The notes beneath the pieces were generated by a model. It saw nothing but the letters and a program-made list of their open reading frames with translations. It ran no database searches and had not been told where the DNA came from. A program made the position numbers and the translations under genes. Shown one piece after another: positions 1-8,798 of a DNA stretch of 33,413 bases. This stretch comes from Candidatus Bathyarchaeia archaeon (lineage in GTDB: Archaea > Thermoproteota > Bathyarchaeia > Bathyarchaeales > Bathycorpusculaceae). The stretch spans positions 1 to 33,413 of the forward strand of contig JBBFKZ010000016.1 in NCBI GenBank assembly GCA_037481775.1, written 5' to 3'. Position 1 is the stretch's first letter. Every line of letters begins with the position of its first letter.

Positions 1-336
1 ATAGGCGGCACTGCACAAGACTTCCTAGGAGAGTACATGGCAGGCGGCGTAATTCTGATTCTCGGCTTGGATCTGCGGGAAGGCGAGTTATGCAAGGCGC
101 GTTTTGTCGGTACAGGCATGCACGGCGGAGTAATATACGAGCGCGGCAGCATCCTCATGCCCAGTAAAGAAACCAGCGTTATGCAGGTTGGCAAGCGCGA
201 TTTAAGCATCATAGGCACATTGGTGAAGGAGTTCTGTGAGCACTTCGGCGCGGATTACAAGACTATTATGGACGCTAAGTTCCATAAAATAGTTCCCATC
301 TCCAAAAGACCCTACGGCAAATTATATTCCTACTGA
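1..336 (+). CDS. Glutamate synthase domain-3 (GXGXG / GltB C-terminal-like) protein, 5'-truncated by window edge
   Basis: Frame 1 is open from base 1: IGGTAQDFLGEYMAGGVILILG...ARFVGTGMHGGVIY, the GEYMxGG / GxGMHGG beta-helix repeats of stand-alone archaeal GltB domain-3 proteins; stop TGA 334-336. Confidence 0.8.
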   Translation: MGGTAQDFLGEYMAGGVILILGLDLREGELCKARFVGTGMHGGVIYERGSILMPSKETSVMQVGKRDLSIIGTLVKEFCEHFGADYKTIMDAKFHKIVPISKRPYGKLYSY

Positions 337-496
337 TCCCGTAGCCTCACTGAATGCTTTAGGCGAGATAAACCTCGCAGGTTGGTGCTGTTTTTCAGCT
401 CCCTAAATTTTTTATCTTACACCTGATGAAAAAAATGATTAGCTAATGTAACGTATGCTTTTTCAGTTAATTAATACAATGAAGCATTCTGTACGG

Positions 497-510
497 GTAA
501 AAGTTTATAT
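497..510 (+). promoter_or_regulatory. Putative BRE/TATA of thermosome gene
   Basis: GTAAAAG followed by TTTATAT (504-510) upstream of SD GAGGT and ATG 577. Confidence 0.5.
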
Positions 511-576
511 TTTCCTCTGGTTTTTGCATATTTCCGATTGGTAACAGTTCTGGCTTTAAAGTGAGGTTGAAGATAT

Positions 577-2226
577 ATGGCGTATTTGACAACAACAGGT
601 TCAGGACAACCAGTTCTGATCCTTAAAGAAGGCACTTCAAGAAGCAGAGGAAAAGAAGCTCAACGCAATAATATCATGGCTGCGCGTGTAATCGGCGAAG
701 TTCTGAAGACTACTCTTGGTCCACGCGGCATGGACAAAATGCTCATTGACAGTTTGGGTGACATCACTATAACAAACGATGGTGCGGCGATTCTGAACGA
801 AATTGATGTGGAGCACCCAGCGGCAAAGATGATGGTGGAAATTGCTAAGACGCAGGACGATATGGTTGGTGACGGAACCACTACTTCCGTTGTGCTGGCT
901 AGCGAGTTGCTTAAGAAGGCTGAGGAGCTTATTGATCAAGGCATTCATCCTACAATACTTGTGAGTGGTTACCGAAAGGCTGCGCAAAAGGCAGTGGAAA
1001 CCATAAACAAAATGGCCGTGCCTGTTGACATTAATGATCGTAAGACGCTTCTTAAAATTGCATTGACGTCTATGAGTAGCAAGGCAGTAGGTGGTGCAAG
1101 AGAGCACCTTGCTGAAATTGCTATAGATGCTGTGAAGCAGGTTATGGAGCAGCGTGGAGATAAGAGAATTGCTGATATAGACAATATTCAGCTTGTAAAG
1201 AAAACTGGCAAGAGCCTTCTTGAGACGCAGCTTATAAGAGGTATAATCATCGACAAGGAAGTTGTTCATTCAGGAATGCCTAAGAAGAAGGAGAACGCGA
1301 AGATTGCACTTTTAGATTGCGCGTTGGAGATTGAGAAAACCGAGATAAGCGCTGAAATTCGCATTCGCGATCCTGCGCAGATGAAGGCGTTTTTGGATCA
1401 AGAAACCAGCATGATGAAGGCTATGGTGGACAAAATTAAGGCTGCGGGCGCTGAGGTTGTCTTCTGCCAGAAAGGCATCGACGATATGGTTCAGCACTTC
1501 CTAGCTAAGGAGGGCATAATAGCTGCTAGGCGCATCAAGGAGTCTGACATGGAAAAGCTTGCGCGCGCAACTGGTGGACGCATTGTTTCCGACTTAGAAG
1601 ATTTGTCCGCTAAAGATCTTGGTCAAGCGGGTTTAGTTGAAGAGCGCAAAATCGGCGAAGACAAAATGATTTTCGTTGAGAAATGCAAGGATCCTCATTC
1701 AGTGGCTATACTCTTGCGTGCTGGGCTGGAGCGGATGGTGGATGAAGCTGAAAGAGCAATGACTGACTCGCTTTCAGTGGTTTCAGACGTTATTGAAAAT
1801 AGTAGAATTGTCGCTGGCGGCGGAGCAATCGAGGTTGAAGTTGCCAAGGAACTGCGCAATTATGCCACAAAAGTCGGCGGCAGAGAACAGCTTGCAATAG
1901 AAGCTTTCGCAGAGGCTGTTGAAGTGATACCTAAAACTTTGGCTGAAAACGCAGGCTTCGAGCCAATAGACATAATCGTGGAGCTTCGAGCTACTCACGA
2001 GAAAGAAGACGGCAAATACAAAGGCATCAATGTTTTCACCGGCAAGCTGCAAGACAGTTTCGAGGCTGGCGTTATTGAGCCAGCGGTGGTCAAGGAGCAG
2101 GCTATAAAATCAGCCGCTGAATCTGCAGCAATGATATTGCGCATAGACGATGTTATCGCTGCCTCAAAGCCTAAAGAAGGGCCAGGTGGCAAGACACCAC
2201 CAGGCGGTTTTGAAGGCGAAGAATAA
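577..2226 (+). CDS. ths: Thermosome (group II chaperonin) subunit
   Basis: 549 aa; [26 protein letters not shown]-binding motif, [12 protein letters not shown]; SD GAGGTTGA upstream. Alpha vs beta not resolved. Confidence 0.97.
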   Translation: MAYLTTTGSGQPVLILKEGTSRSRGKEAQRNNIMAARVIGEVLKTTLGPRGMDKMLIDSLGDITITNDGAAILNEIDVEHPAAKMMVEIAKTQDDMVGDGTTTSVVLASELLKKAEELIDQGIHPTILVSGYRKAAQKAVETINKMAVPVDINDRKTLLKIALTSMSSKAVGGAREHLAEIAIDAVKQVMEQRGDKRIADIDNIQLVKKTGKSLLETQLIRGIIIDKEVVHSGMPKKKENAKIALLDCALEIEKTEISAEIRIRDPAQMKAFLDQETSMMKAMVDKIKAAGAEVVFCQKGIDDMVQHFLAKEGIIAARRIKESDMEKLARATGGRIVSDLEDLSAKDLGQAGLVEERKIGEDKMIFVEKCKDPHSVAILLRAGLERMVDEAERAMTDSLSVVSDVIENSRIVAGGGAIEVEVAKELRNYATKVGGREQLAIEAFAEAVEVIPKTLAENAGFEPIDIIVELRATHEKEDGKYKGINVFTGKLQDSFEAGVIEPAVVKEQAIKSAAESAAMILRIDDVIAASKPKEGPGGKTPPGGFEGEE

Positions 2227-2228
2227 AC

Positions 2229-2262
2229 TTCCTTATTTTCTTTATTTTCTTGGATTCTCTAC
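2229..2262 (+). terminator. Pyrimidine/T-rich archaeal terminator after thermosome
   Basis: TTCCTTATTTTCTTTATTTTCTT directly after stop, facing convergent lysM. Confidence 0.5.
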
Positions 2263-2447
2263 TATTCTCTAATTGGTAGTAAAAATTATTGAGCTTTCAG
2301 CATGTTTATCTTGGCTAATTTGGCTTGTGACTGTTCCCTTTAAGCTGCAGGTTTGCCATTTGATAGCCCCTCTATAGGTTTCTGCATTGAATTGCTAATA
2401 TGTGGCAAATATGATGGCGCGAAGGTGTGTGCTTCTTTGTGTTCTGG

Positions 2448-2858
2448 TTACCAGCTTCGTAGAACTATCATGGTGTTGGTTTTCATTATGCCTTCTACTC
2501 TGCGAATTTTCTCTACGCACTCGTTGACTTCGACAACGTTCATTCCGCTGATAACTGCAACAATATCGTATTCGCCGGTTACTTCGTAGACGGTTTCTAC
2601 GTTTGGAATTTCCTGTATTTTCTTGGAGACTTCTTGTGTTGGTAAGGACGGATCGGTTGCTAATAGCGTAATTGCCTCTGCCCCTTCTGCTATGCCGATT
2701 TTAACTGTGAACTTTCTTATCACGCCAGAATGTGTAAGCTCCTTGATTCTTTTTCTAACCGCGCCTTCTGATAAGCCAACTTGTTTGCCGATGGCGGCGT
2801 AGCCAGCGCGGCCATCCTCCTTTAAAATTTGCAGTATTTGCTTGTCTTTGTCGTCCAT
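2448..2858 (-). CDS. lysM: Lrp/AsnC family transcriptional regulator, LysM-like
   Basis: N-terminal HTH (MDDKDKQILQILKEDGR...GLSEGAVRKRI), C-terminal RAM domain (VYEVTGEYDI); divergent from lysW cluster, like Sulfolobales LysM. Confidence 0.85.
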   Translation of the reverse strand: MDDKDKQILQILKEDGRAGYAAIGKQVGLSEGAVRKRIKELTHSGVIRKFTVKIGIAEGAEAITLLATDPSLPTQEVSKKIQEIPNVETVYEVTGEYDIVAVISGMNVVEVNECVEKIRRVEGIMKTNTMIVLRSW

Positions 2859-3002
2859 TAGGTTTTCCCCATGTGTTTGTGTATCGTGTAGAATTTAACG
2901 ATTTCTGCATTTGACTACGTCTGACTATTACGGATTCCCGTCGTGGTTTGTGGTTTACGTGCCTGTTTTCGGAAAGCTGGGCAAGTTTGCACTGTTAGGA
3001 TT

Positions 3003-3061
3003 TGTTCTAAATGGAACATTAGCAGCGTAATATGTTACAAATAAGTCGCAACATTTAAAAG
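3003..3061 (+). promoter_or_regulatory. lysW promoter: palindrome TGTTC-N6-GAACA + BRE + TATA
   Basis: TGTTCTAAATGGAACA (3003-3018), AAGTCGCAA (3043-3051), TTTAAAAG (3054-3061); same architecture recurs at 13233-13295. Confidence 0.7.
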
Positions 3062-3158
3062 AAAGACGGGTAAATGAAAATGACATTTCCAATAGATAAA
3101 ATGTGATAAGCAAATGATTAAACAAAATGCACATACAAAACCCCAAGAGGTGAAAGTA

Positions 3159-3335
3159 ATGTACAAGAGTAGATGCCCCGATTGCGACGCTGAACTTGAT
3201 GTGCCGTCAGACACAGAGACAGGCGAGATCTTAAGTTGTCCAAGCTGCGGGCTTGAGCTTGAAGTGAAGCAGATAAAAGGCGGATGCGTTGACCTTCAAG
3301 AGCTAACTATGGAAGGAGAAGACTGGGGCGAATAA
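3159..3335 (+). CDS. lysW: Amino-group carrier protein LysW (alpha-aminoadipate/glutamate carrier)
   Basis: 58 aa from ATG 3159 after SD GAGGTGA; CPDC/CPSC zinc ribbon, acidic, C-terminal EDWGE. Confidence 0.97.
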   Translation: MYKSRCPDCDAELDVPSDTETGEILSCPSCGLELEVKQIKGGCVDLQELTMEGEDWGE

Positions 3336-3416
3336 AATATTCACCTCTAAGCTTGAAACTGACTTTGTTTCTCAAGTTTTTTAATAACCAACTTTTCCAT
3401 GGGATGCCGGCAATCA

Positions 3417-4595
3417 ATGAGTATAGCACTTCTTTATGAACATTCAGAAACCGATGAAATGGGCATAAAGCTCACCGCGCAAGACTTGGGTATAGATTTA
3501 GTTTTCCTGCCGTTCCGCAAAATCGCCCTCGTCATAGGCAAGACTGACTTCACAGCTAAAACTAAAGGAAAAGATTACACCAGCTTAATCAAAGATGCGG
3601 TGGTGGTGCTTAACCGCGCGCAAAGCAAAAACCGTCGGTTACAAGCAGGATACTTTATGGAGATGCTTGGCAAGAAAACCATAAACACAAGCCAAATAGA
3701 ATTCATTTGCTATAGCAAATTGCGCACGCTGCTGCATTTTTGGATTGCAGGGCTTCCCATTCCAAAAACCGTTTACGTGCCCTGCGACGCGGTTGACACT
3801 TTGAAAAGCGGCAGTTTAATCCACAACGAAAAAGACATCGCTGATCTGCTGCAGAACGAGCTTGCCATTGAAGAGGGAATCGTGATAAAGCCTGACGCTG
3901 GAACACATGGGAAAGGCATGGTACTCGCAAGAAATCGCGAGCAGCTTGTTACCAGCATTCAAGAAACGAAGCCTTCGATAATAAATCCCGTGGGCATCGT
4001 TGCGCAAGAGTTAATTCAAAAGTGGTTTTACGATTTGCGGATTATAGTTTCAAAGGAGAAAGGTAAAGCGCCAGTTTGTCATCCCGTGGCTTTAGCAAGA
4101 GGCGGCTTCAGAGATTTTCGAACAAACACCTACTTGGGCAACACAGTTTTCGACGCCCGAATTCCACTAAACATTAGAGAGTTGGCTGTTAAATGCGGTC
4201 AAGCTCTGGGGAAGGATGCTGAAGCTTGGGTTTTCGCCTTAGACGCCATGATTAACGTCGGCGAAAACAAAACCGTGGATGATGTGGCACTCATCTCTGA
4301 ACTGCAAAAGGCAGAGGAGGAATATGAAAAAGTGCGTGTCGTTAAGCAGGATGAAACTCGGCTTAGAGACTTCCAAAGCTGGAATCGCCTATTAGAAGAG
4401 GCTTTCCAGCGTTACAAGAGCACTAAACCCTACGAGAAAATTAAAAGCATAATTGAAGAAAGCATCGAGAAAAACAGCGACCGCGTAGTCTTCCATGAAG
4501 CTAACTCTTGCCCAGAATTCTGGGAGCACACGCGGCTAATAGCTGGCATGAACGTGGCAGTGCCGCTGTTGAAGTGCGCGCAAAGCCTAATCTAG
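3417..4595 (+). CDS. lysX: LysX/ArgX-like ATP-grasp (RimK family) LysW ligase, divergent with large insertion
   Basis: LPIPKT, VIKPDAGTHGKG, QELI, DLRI, FRTN, EANSCPEF ATP-grasp motifs; lies between lysW and lysY. Start 3417 (MSIALLYE) preferred; 3399 possible. Confidence 0.8.
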   Translation: MSIALLYEHSETDEMGIKLTAQDLGIDLVFLPFRKIALVIGKTDFTAKTKGKDYTSLIKDAVVVLNRAQSKNRRLQAGYFMEMLGKKTINTSQIEFICYSKLRTLLHFWIAGLPIPKTVYVPCDAVDTLKSGSLIHNEKDIADLLQNELAIEEGIVIKPDAGTHGKGMVLARNREQLVTSIQETKPSIINPVGIVAQELIQKWFYDLRIIVSKEKGKAPVCHPVALARGGFRDFRTNTYLGNTVFDARIPLNIRELAVKCGQALGKDAEAWVFALDAMINVGENKTVDDVALISELQKAEEEYEKVRVVKQDETRLRDFQSWNRLLEEAFQRYKSTKPYEKIKSIIEESIEKNSDRVVFHEANSCPEFWEHTRLIAGMNVAVPLLKCAQSLI

Positions 4596-4620
4596 TCAAA
4601 GTAACATAAGGTGTGGCGAG

Positions 4621-5676
4621 ATGTTGAGAATAGGAATAATTGGGGGAACAGGCTACGTCGGCGGAGAACTCCTACGCCTGCTGCTGCTCCATCCAGAAGT
4701 TGAAATCACAATGGTTACTTCCCGCCAGAGCGTAGGAGAATACATATTCAATGTGCATCCGAACCTACGCGGGCTAACACAGATGAAATTCGTGCCTCAG
4801 GACATAACGGAGCTTAAGAAAAACTGCGACCTCGTGTTCACTGCGACTCCTCACGGCGGCTCAGTGAACCTTGTTCCTAAACTTCTGGAAGCAGGGCTTA
4901 AGGTAATTGACATGAGCGCCGATTTTCGCCTGAAAAACCCTGTGGACTACGAAACCTACTACGGCTGGAAGCATGCGTATCCGGAATTGCTTAAAGAAGC
5001 CGTGTACGGCTTGCCCGAGTTGCATCGGGAAGAAATCAAAACCGCTCGGCTCGTAGCGTGCGCGGGCTGCGAGGCTACTGCCGCCATTTTAGCTCTAGCG
5101 CCAATAGCTAAAGCCGGCTTAATCGATAAGGATAAAATTGTGGTGGACATAAAAGTGGGTTCTTCGGGCGGCGGCAGCAAACCCACATCGGCTTCGCATC
5201 ATCCAGAACGCTTCGGCGGCGTGCGACCCTACAAGGTTGTTGGGCACCGGCACATCGCCGAGGTGGAACAGGAACTGAATGCGTTGGGCAGCGATCAGGT
5301 AAAGATTTCCTTCACGCCGCATGCGGTGAACATGGTGCGTGGCATACTGGCTACCATACACACTTTTCCAAAGCAGCCCATAGCTGCTAAGGACATCTGG
5401 CGCGTCCTCCGCGGAATGTACGGTAACGAGCCATTTATCCGATTAGTCAAGTATCAAAAGGGACCTTACCAGCTGCCTGACCCGAAAATCACTTTGGGCA
5501 CAAACTTCTGCGACATAGGCTTCGAAATCGACGAGCATGCAAACCGCCTCATACTTTTCTCAGCGCTGGATAACATGGTTAAGGGCGCCTCAGGCCAGGG
5601 CGTCCAGTGCCTAAACATCATGATGGGCATAGACGAAACCACCGGCCTCAAAAGCACGGGATTCCATCCGATGTGA
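4621..5676 (+). CDS. lysY: [LysW]-aminoadipate/glutamate phosphate reductase (LysY/ArgC)
   Basis: GGTGYVG Rossmann motif, DMSADFR, ACAGC catalytic Cys, GSSGGG, HRHIAE, DNMVKGASGQ. Confidence 0.95.
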   Translation: MLRIGIIGGTGYVGGELLRLLLLHPEVEITMVTSRQSVGEYIFNVHPNLRGLTQMKFVPQDITELKKNCDLVFTATPHGGSVNLVPKLLEAGLKVIDMSADFRLKNPVDYETYYGWKHAYPELLKEAVYGLPELHREEIKTARLVACAGCEATAAILALAPIAKAGLIDKDKIVVDIKVGSSGGGSKPTSASHHPERFGGVRPYKVVGHRHIAEVEQELNALGSDQVKISFTPHAVNMVRGILATIHTFPKQPIAAKDIWRVLRGMYGNEPFIRLVKYQKGPYQLPDPKITLGTNFCDIGFEIDEHANRLILFSALDNMVKGASGQGVQCLNIMMGIDETTGLKSTGFHPM

Positions 5677-5682
5677 TAGCCT

Positions 5683-6492
5683 ATGTTGCTTGTAATCAAG
5701 ATGGGCGGAAGCATACTCAAAGAAGGCGCGTCTTCAGAGCTTGTTGCAGACTTGAAGGCGCTGGCGCAGGAGCATAAGCTGGTTCTCGTTCACGGAGGCG
5801 GCGCCGAAGTCACTGAAACCGCCAATAAGCTGGGTAAGGAGCAGCAGTTTATCGTTTCGCCTGAGGGCTTCCGAAGCCGCTATACTGACAAGGAAACCAT
5901 AGAAATCTACATCATGGTCATGGCTGGAAAAATTAACAAGCAAATCGTCGCGGCGCTACAGAGCCAAGGCATAGCCACCATAGGCCTGTCAGGCTTGGAC
6001 GCTGCGCTTTTGAAGGCTGAGCGTAAAAAACGCTTAATAATTGTGGATGAGCGTGGGCGAAAAAAGGTTATTGACGGCGGCTACACCGGAAAAATAACAG
6101 AGGTTAACGTAGACCTCCTAAAGTTTCTGCTTGAAAAGGGCTACGTGCCTGTTGTAACGCCCATAGCTCTAAGCGAAGAATTTGAACCGTTAAACGTGGA
6201 CGGCGACCGAACAGCCGCCGTGATCGCCGCTGCTCTCAAAGCAGACCGCTTAGTTCTGCTGACTGATGTGGAGGGTTTACTGCTGAAAGGTAAGCTCGTC
6301 CCGAGGATAACTGCAGCGGAAGCGGAAGATTCTCTCTCAAACATTGGTAAGGGCATGAGCACCAAGGTGCATGCTGCTTTGGAAGCGCTTAAGCAAGGCG
6401 TCAAGGAAGTGCTGATAACCTCCGGCGTCAAGCCGCAGCCGATTTCCTCCGCGTTAAAGCATGAAGCTGGAACAGTGATGGCAAGTGAATGA
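5683..6492 (+). CDS. lysZ: [LysW]-aminoadipate/glutamate kinase (LysZ/ArgB)
   Basis: VIKMGG, VHGGG, SRYTD, GGYTGKI, LNVDGDR; basic RKK patch typical of LysW-binding kinases. Confidence 0.95.
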   Translation: MLLVIKMGGSILKEGASSELVADLKALAQEHKLVLVHGGGAEVTETANKLGKEQQFIVSPEGFRSRYTDKETIEIYIMVMAGKINKQIVAALQSQGIATIGLSGLDAALLKAERKKRLIIVDERGRKKVIDGGYTGKITEVNVDLLKFLLEKGYVPVVTPIALSEEFEPLNVDGDRTAAVIAAALKADRLVLLTDVEGLLLKGKLVPRITAAEAEDSLSNIGKGMSTKVHAALEALKQGVKEVLITSGVKPQPISSALKHEAGTVMASE

Positions 6493-7696
6493 ATACGACA
6501 TAATGAACTTCGAAAACAGGTTAATGGCGAATGTTTTCTCTAAGCGTCCCGTGGTGATAACGCGCGGCAAGGGCGCCTTAGTCTGGGACATAAACGGCAA
6601 AGAATACATTGACTGTATGGGCAGCTACGGCGTGGCCCTGCTGGGGCACTCGCACCCGAAAGTGGTGGAAGCCATATGCAAGCAGGCGGAGACACTTATT
6701 TCCTGCCACGCCAGCCTCTACAATGACAAGCGAACCGAGTTTCTGCAAAAGCTCATCAGCATCATGCCACAGGGCTTGAACAAGGCGTTTCTCTCGAACA
6801 GCGGTGCGGAATCCGTTGAGTGCGCCATAAAGTTGGCTAGAAAATTCACAGGCAAACCCGAAATAATCGCTGTCATGGGCGCCTTTCACGGCAAAACCAT
6901 GGGCGCGCTGTCCGCGACATGGGACAAAAAATACCGCGAGCCCTTCCAGCCTCTGGTTCCAGAATTCAAGCACGTGCCTCCTGACAACCTTGAAAAGCTA
7001 CGTGAAGCAATAACCGACAAGACGGCTGCTGTGCTTCTGGAGCCAATACGCGGCGAAGGCGGCGTACGCGTTCCACCCGCCGAATATCTGCCTGGCGTCC
7101 GAGAAATCTGCGATGAGCACAACGTCCTCCTAATCTTGGATGAAGTGCAAACAAGCTTCGGCCGAACTGGCAGAGTCTTCGCATGCGAACACTGGGGCGT
7201 AATACCCGACGTAATGTGCTTGGCTAAGCCGTTTGCAGGCGGCTTGCCGATAGGCATAACAGTGGCGAAAGAAGCCATCATGTCCTCCTTTGGTCTCGGC
7301 GAGCACACAAGCACCTTCAGCGGAAGCCCTCTGGTTTGCGCCGCTGCATGCGCCGCCATCGACGTGCTGATAAACGAGCGGCTTGTGGATAGAGCCGCGG
7401 AACTCGGAGGCTACTTCAAGGCTAAGCTGGAGGTGTTGCAGGCTAAGCATAAGATTGTGAAGGAAGTTCGCGGCTTAGGCCTGATGCTGGGCATGGAACT
7501 TCGCTATGACGTCCGAAACATTATAGTCAAAACTTTAGCAAAGGGCGTGCTAATTTTGGAAGCAGGCCGAAACGTTCTACGCTTCCTACCGCCCTTAGTC
7601 ATCGAGAAAGAGCACATCGACCGGGTCATCACCGTGCTTGACGAAGTTTTAGGTGAAGAAGAAAGTGAACGACAAGGCAGTGCAGTTTCTAATTAA
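6485..7696 (+). CDS. lysJ: [LysW]-semialdehyde transaminase (LysJ/ArgD), class III PLP aminotransferase
   Basis: GTG start overlapping lysZ; NSGAES, FHGKT, EPIRGEGG, DEVQT, LAKP (PLP Lys). Confidence 0.95.
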   Translation: MNEYDIMNFENRLMANVFSKRPVVITRGKGALVWDINGKEYIDCMGSYGVALLGHSHPKVVEAICKQAETLISCHASLYNDKRTEFLQKLISIMPQGLNKAFLSNSGAESVECAIKLARKFTGKPEIIAVMGAFHGKTMGALSATWDKKYREPFQPLVPEFKHVPPDNLEKLREAITDKTAAVLLEPIRGEGGVRVPPAEYLPGVREICDEHNVLLILDEVQTSFGRTGRVFACEHWGVIPDVMCLAKPFAGGLPIGITVAKEAIMSSFGLGEHTSTFSGSPLVCAAACAAIDVLINERLVDRAAELGGYFKAKLEVLQAKHKIVKEVRGLGLMLGMELRYDVRNIIVKTLAKGVLILEAGRNVLRFLPPLVIEKEHIDRVITVLDEVLGEEESERQGSAVSN

Positions 7697-8789
7697 CCTG
7701 CTTGGCATTTACAGCCCTTCAGGCAAAGAGGAAGCCATAGGCAACTTTCTCGCCGAAGAAATGATGAAGATGGGCTTCCAGGTTGGCGTCGACAGCGTCG
7801 GAAACGTAATCGGCGTGATCGGCGAAGGCGAACCGGTCATTCTCTTATGTGGGCACATGGACACCGTGGCAGGGCATATTCCGCTGCGGGTTGAGGACGG
7901 TAAAATCTACGCTCGAGGCGCAGTGGACGCCAAGGGGCCTCTCGCAGCTATGGTTATGGCTGCCGCCTCAGTGGGCAAAGACTCTGCATTTAAAGGGAAA
8001 ATTTTAGTCGTCGGCGCCGTGGAAGAAGAGGCTACAAGCCGCGGCATTCGGCATTTGATAACGCAGGGAATAAAAGCTGACTACGCCATATTCGGCGAGC
8101 CCAGCGGTGTTGAACACATAACCGTAGGCTACAAGGGGCAAGTTCAGCTTAGAATAGTTGTGAAGACTGATACTGGTCATGCTTCTACGCCTTGGCTTTA
8201 CGATAATGCGCTGGACAAAGCATACGAGCTCTGGCAGCAAATTAAGACTGCCTATTCTTACTCTCCGTCGGGTAACCAGAATGGTGAAAGCCCTTTTTAC
8301 GCTGTAACCGCCTGCCTCACAAAGTTGACTGGTGGAAGAGCAGACTCCGTAATACCCTTCGAAAGCGAAATGGCCATCGACATCAGAGTGCCGCCTCAGT
8401 TTACCACTGCGCAAATTATTGAACAAACGCGGAAAATAATTGCCCAGTATCAGGCAAGCAACCCAAAAGTTGCGGTAAAAGCATCTGTTCATGATGCTGT
8501 GGAACCGTTTGAAGTGAACAAGAACTCGCTGCTGGTTCACGCGCTGTCAGCAGCAATTAGAAAAATACGCAACAAACCAGCCACGTTAATGCGGAAAACT
8601 GGGACAGGCGACATGAACATTCTCGGTAACGCCATGAACCTGCCCATAGTCACCTATGGCCCAGGCGATTCACATCTAGACCACAGAACAGACGAGCACA
8701 TCGTCATAAGCGAGTATCTGGACAGCATCCAAATTTATAGAGAAACACTTCTGAAGCTTTCGGAGCTGCATAATAAAGATAAAAGTTAA
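7665..8789 (+). CDS. lysK: [LysW]-lysine/ornithine hydrolase (LysK, M20 family)
   Basis: GHMDTV, RGAVDAKG, EEE, GEP, TGTGDMN, YGPGDS..DH...EH; GTG 7665 follows SD AGGTGA (7651-7656). Confidence 0.93.
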   Translation: MNDKAVQFLINLLGIYSPSGKEEAIGNFLAEEMMKMGFQVGVDSVGNVIGVIGEGEPVILLCGHMDTVAGHIPLRVEDGKIYARGAVDAKGPLAAMVMAAASVGKDSAFKGKILVVGAVEEEATSRGIRHLITQGIKADYAIFGEPSGVEHITVGYKGQVQLRIVVKTDTGHASTPWLYDNALDKAYELWQQIKTAYSYSPSGNQNGESPFYAVTACLTKLTGGRADSVIPFESEMAIDIRVPPQFTTAQIIEQTRKIIAQYQASNPKVAVKASVHDAVEPFEVNKNSLLVHALSAAIRKIRNKPATLMRKTGTGDMNILGNAMNLPIVTYGPGDSHLDHRTDEHIVISEYLDSIQIYRETLLKLSELHNKDKS

Positions 8790-8798
8790 CAGGCCGCG

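Noticed and set aside
438-487. ATTAGCTAAT palindrome and ATGCTT...AAGCAT upstream of the thermosome TATA as a heat-shock operator
   Set aside because: Short, AT-rich, single occurrence; no match I can support to a known archaeal heat-shock site.
637-2192. Antisense ORFs (up to 210 aa) inside the thermosome gene, and similar shadow ORFs throughout the window
   Set aside because: Fully overlap well-supported genes, have no recognisable motifs, and are expected from codon bias.
2353-2589. 78-aa plus-strand ORF
   Set aside because: Overlaps lysM antisense; no SD or motifs.
3074-3106. Short ORF MKMTFPIDKM in the lysW leader as an attenuator peptide
   Set aside because: No run of Arg/Lys codons, no alternative hairpins, and it starts at or before the predicted TSS.
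3114-3158. N-terminal extension of LysW in the ORF track
   Set aside because: SD GAGGTGA directly precedes ATG 3159, which gives a typical 58-aa LysW.
4251-4490. LysX insert (and the IorA insert) as inteins
   Set aside because: No Cys/Ser start with His-Asn end plus downstream nucleophile, and no LAGLIDADG motifs.
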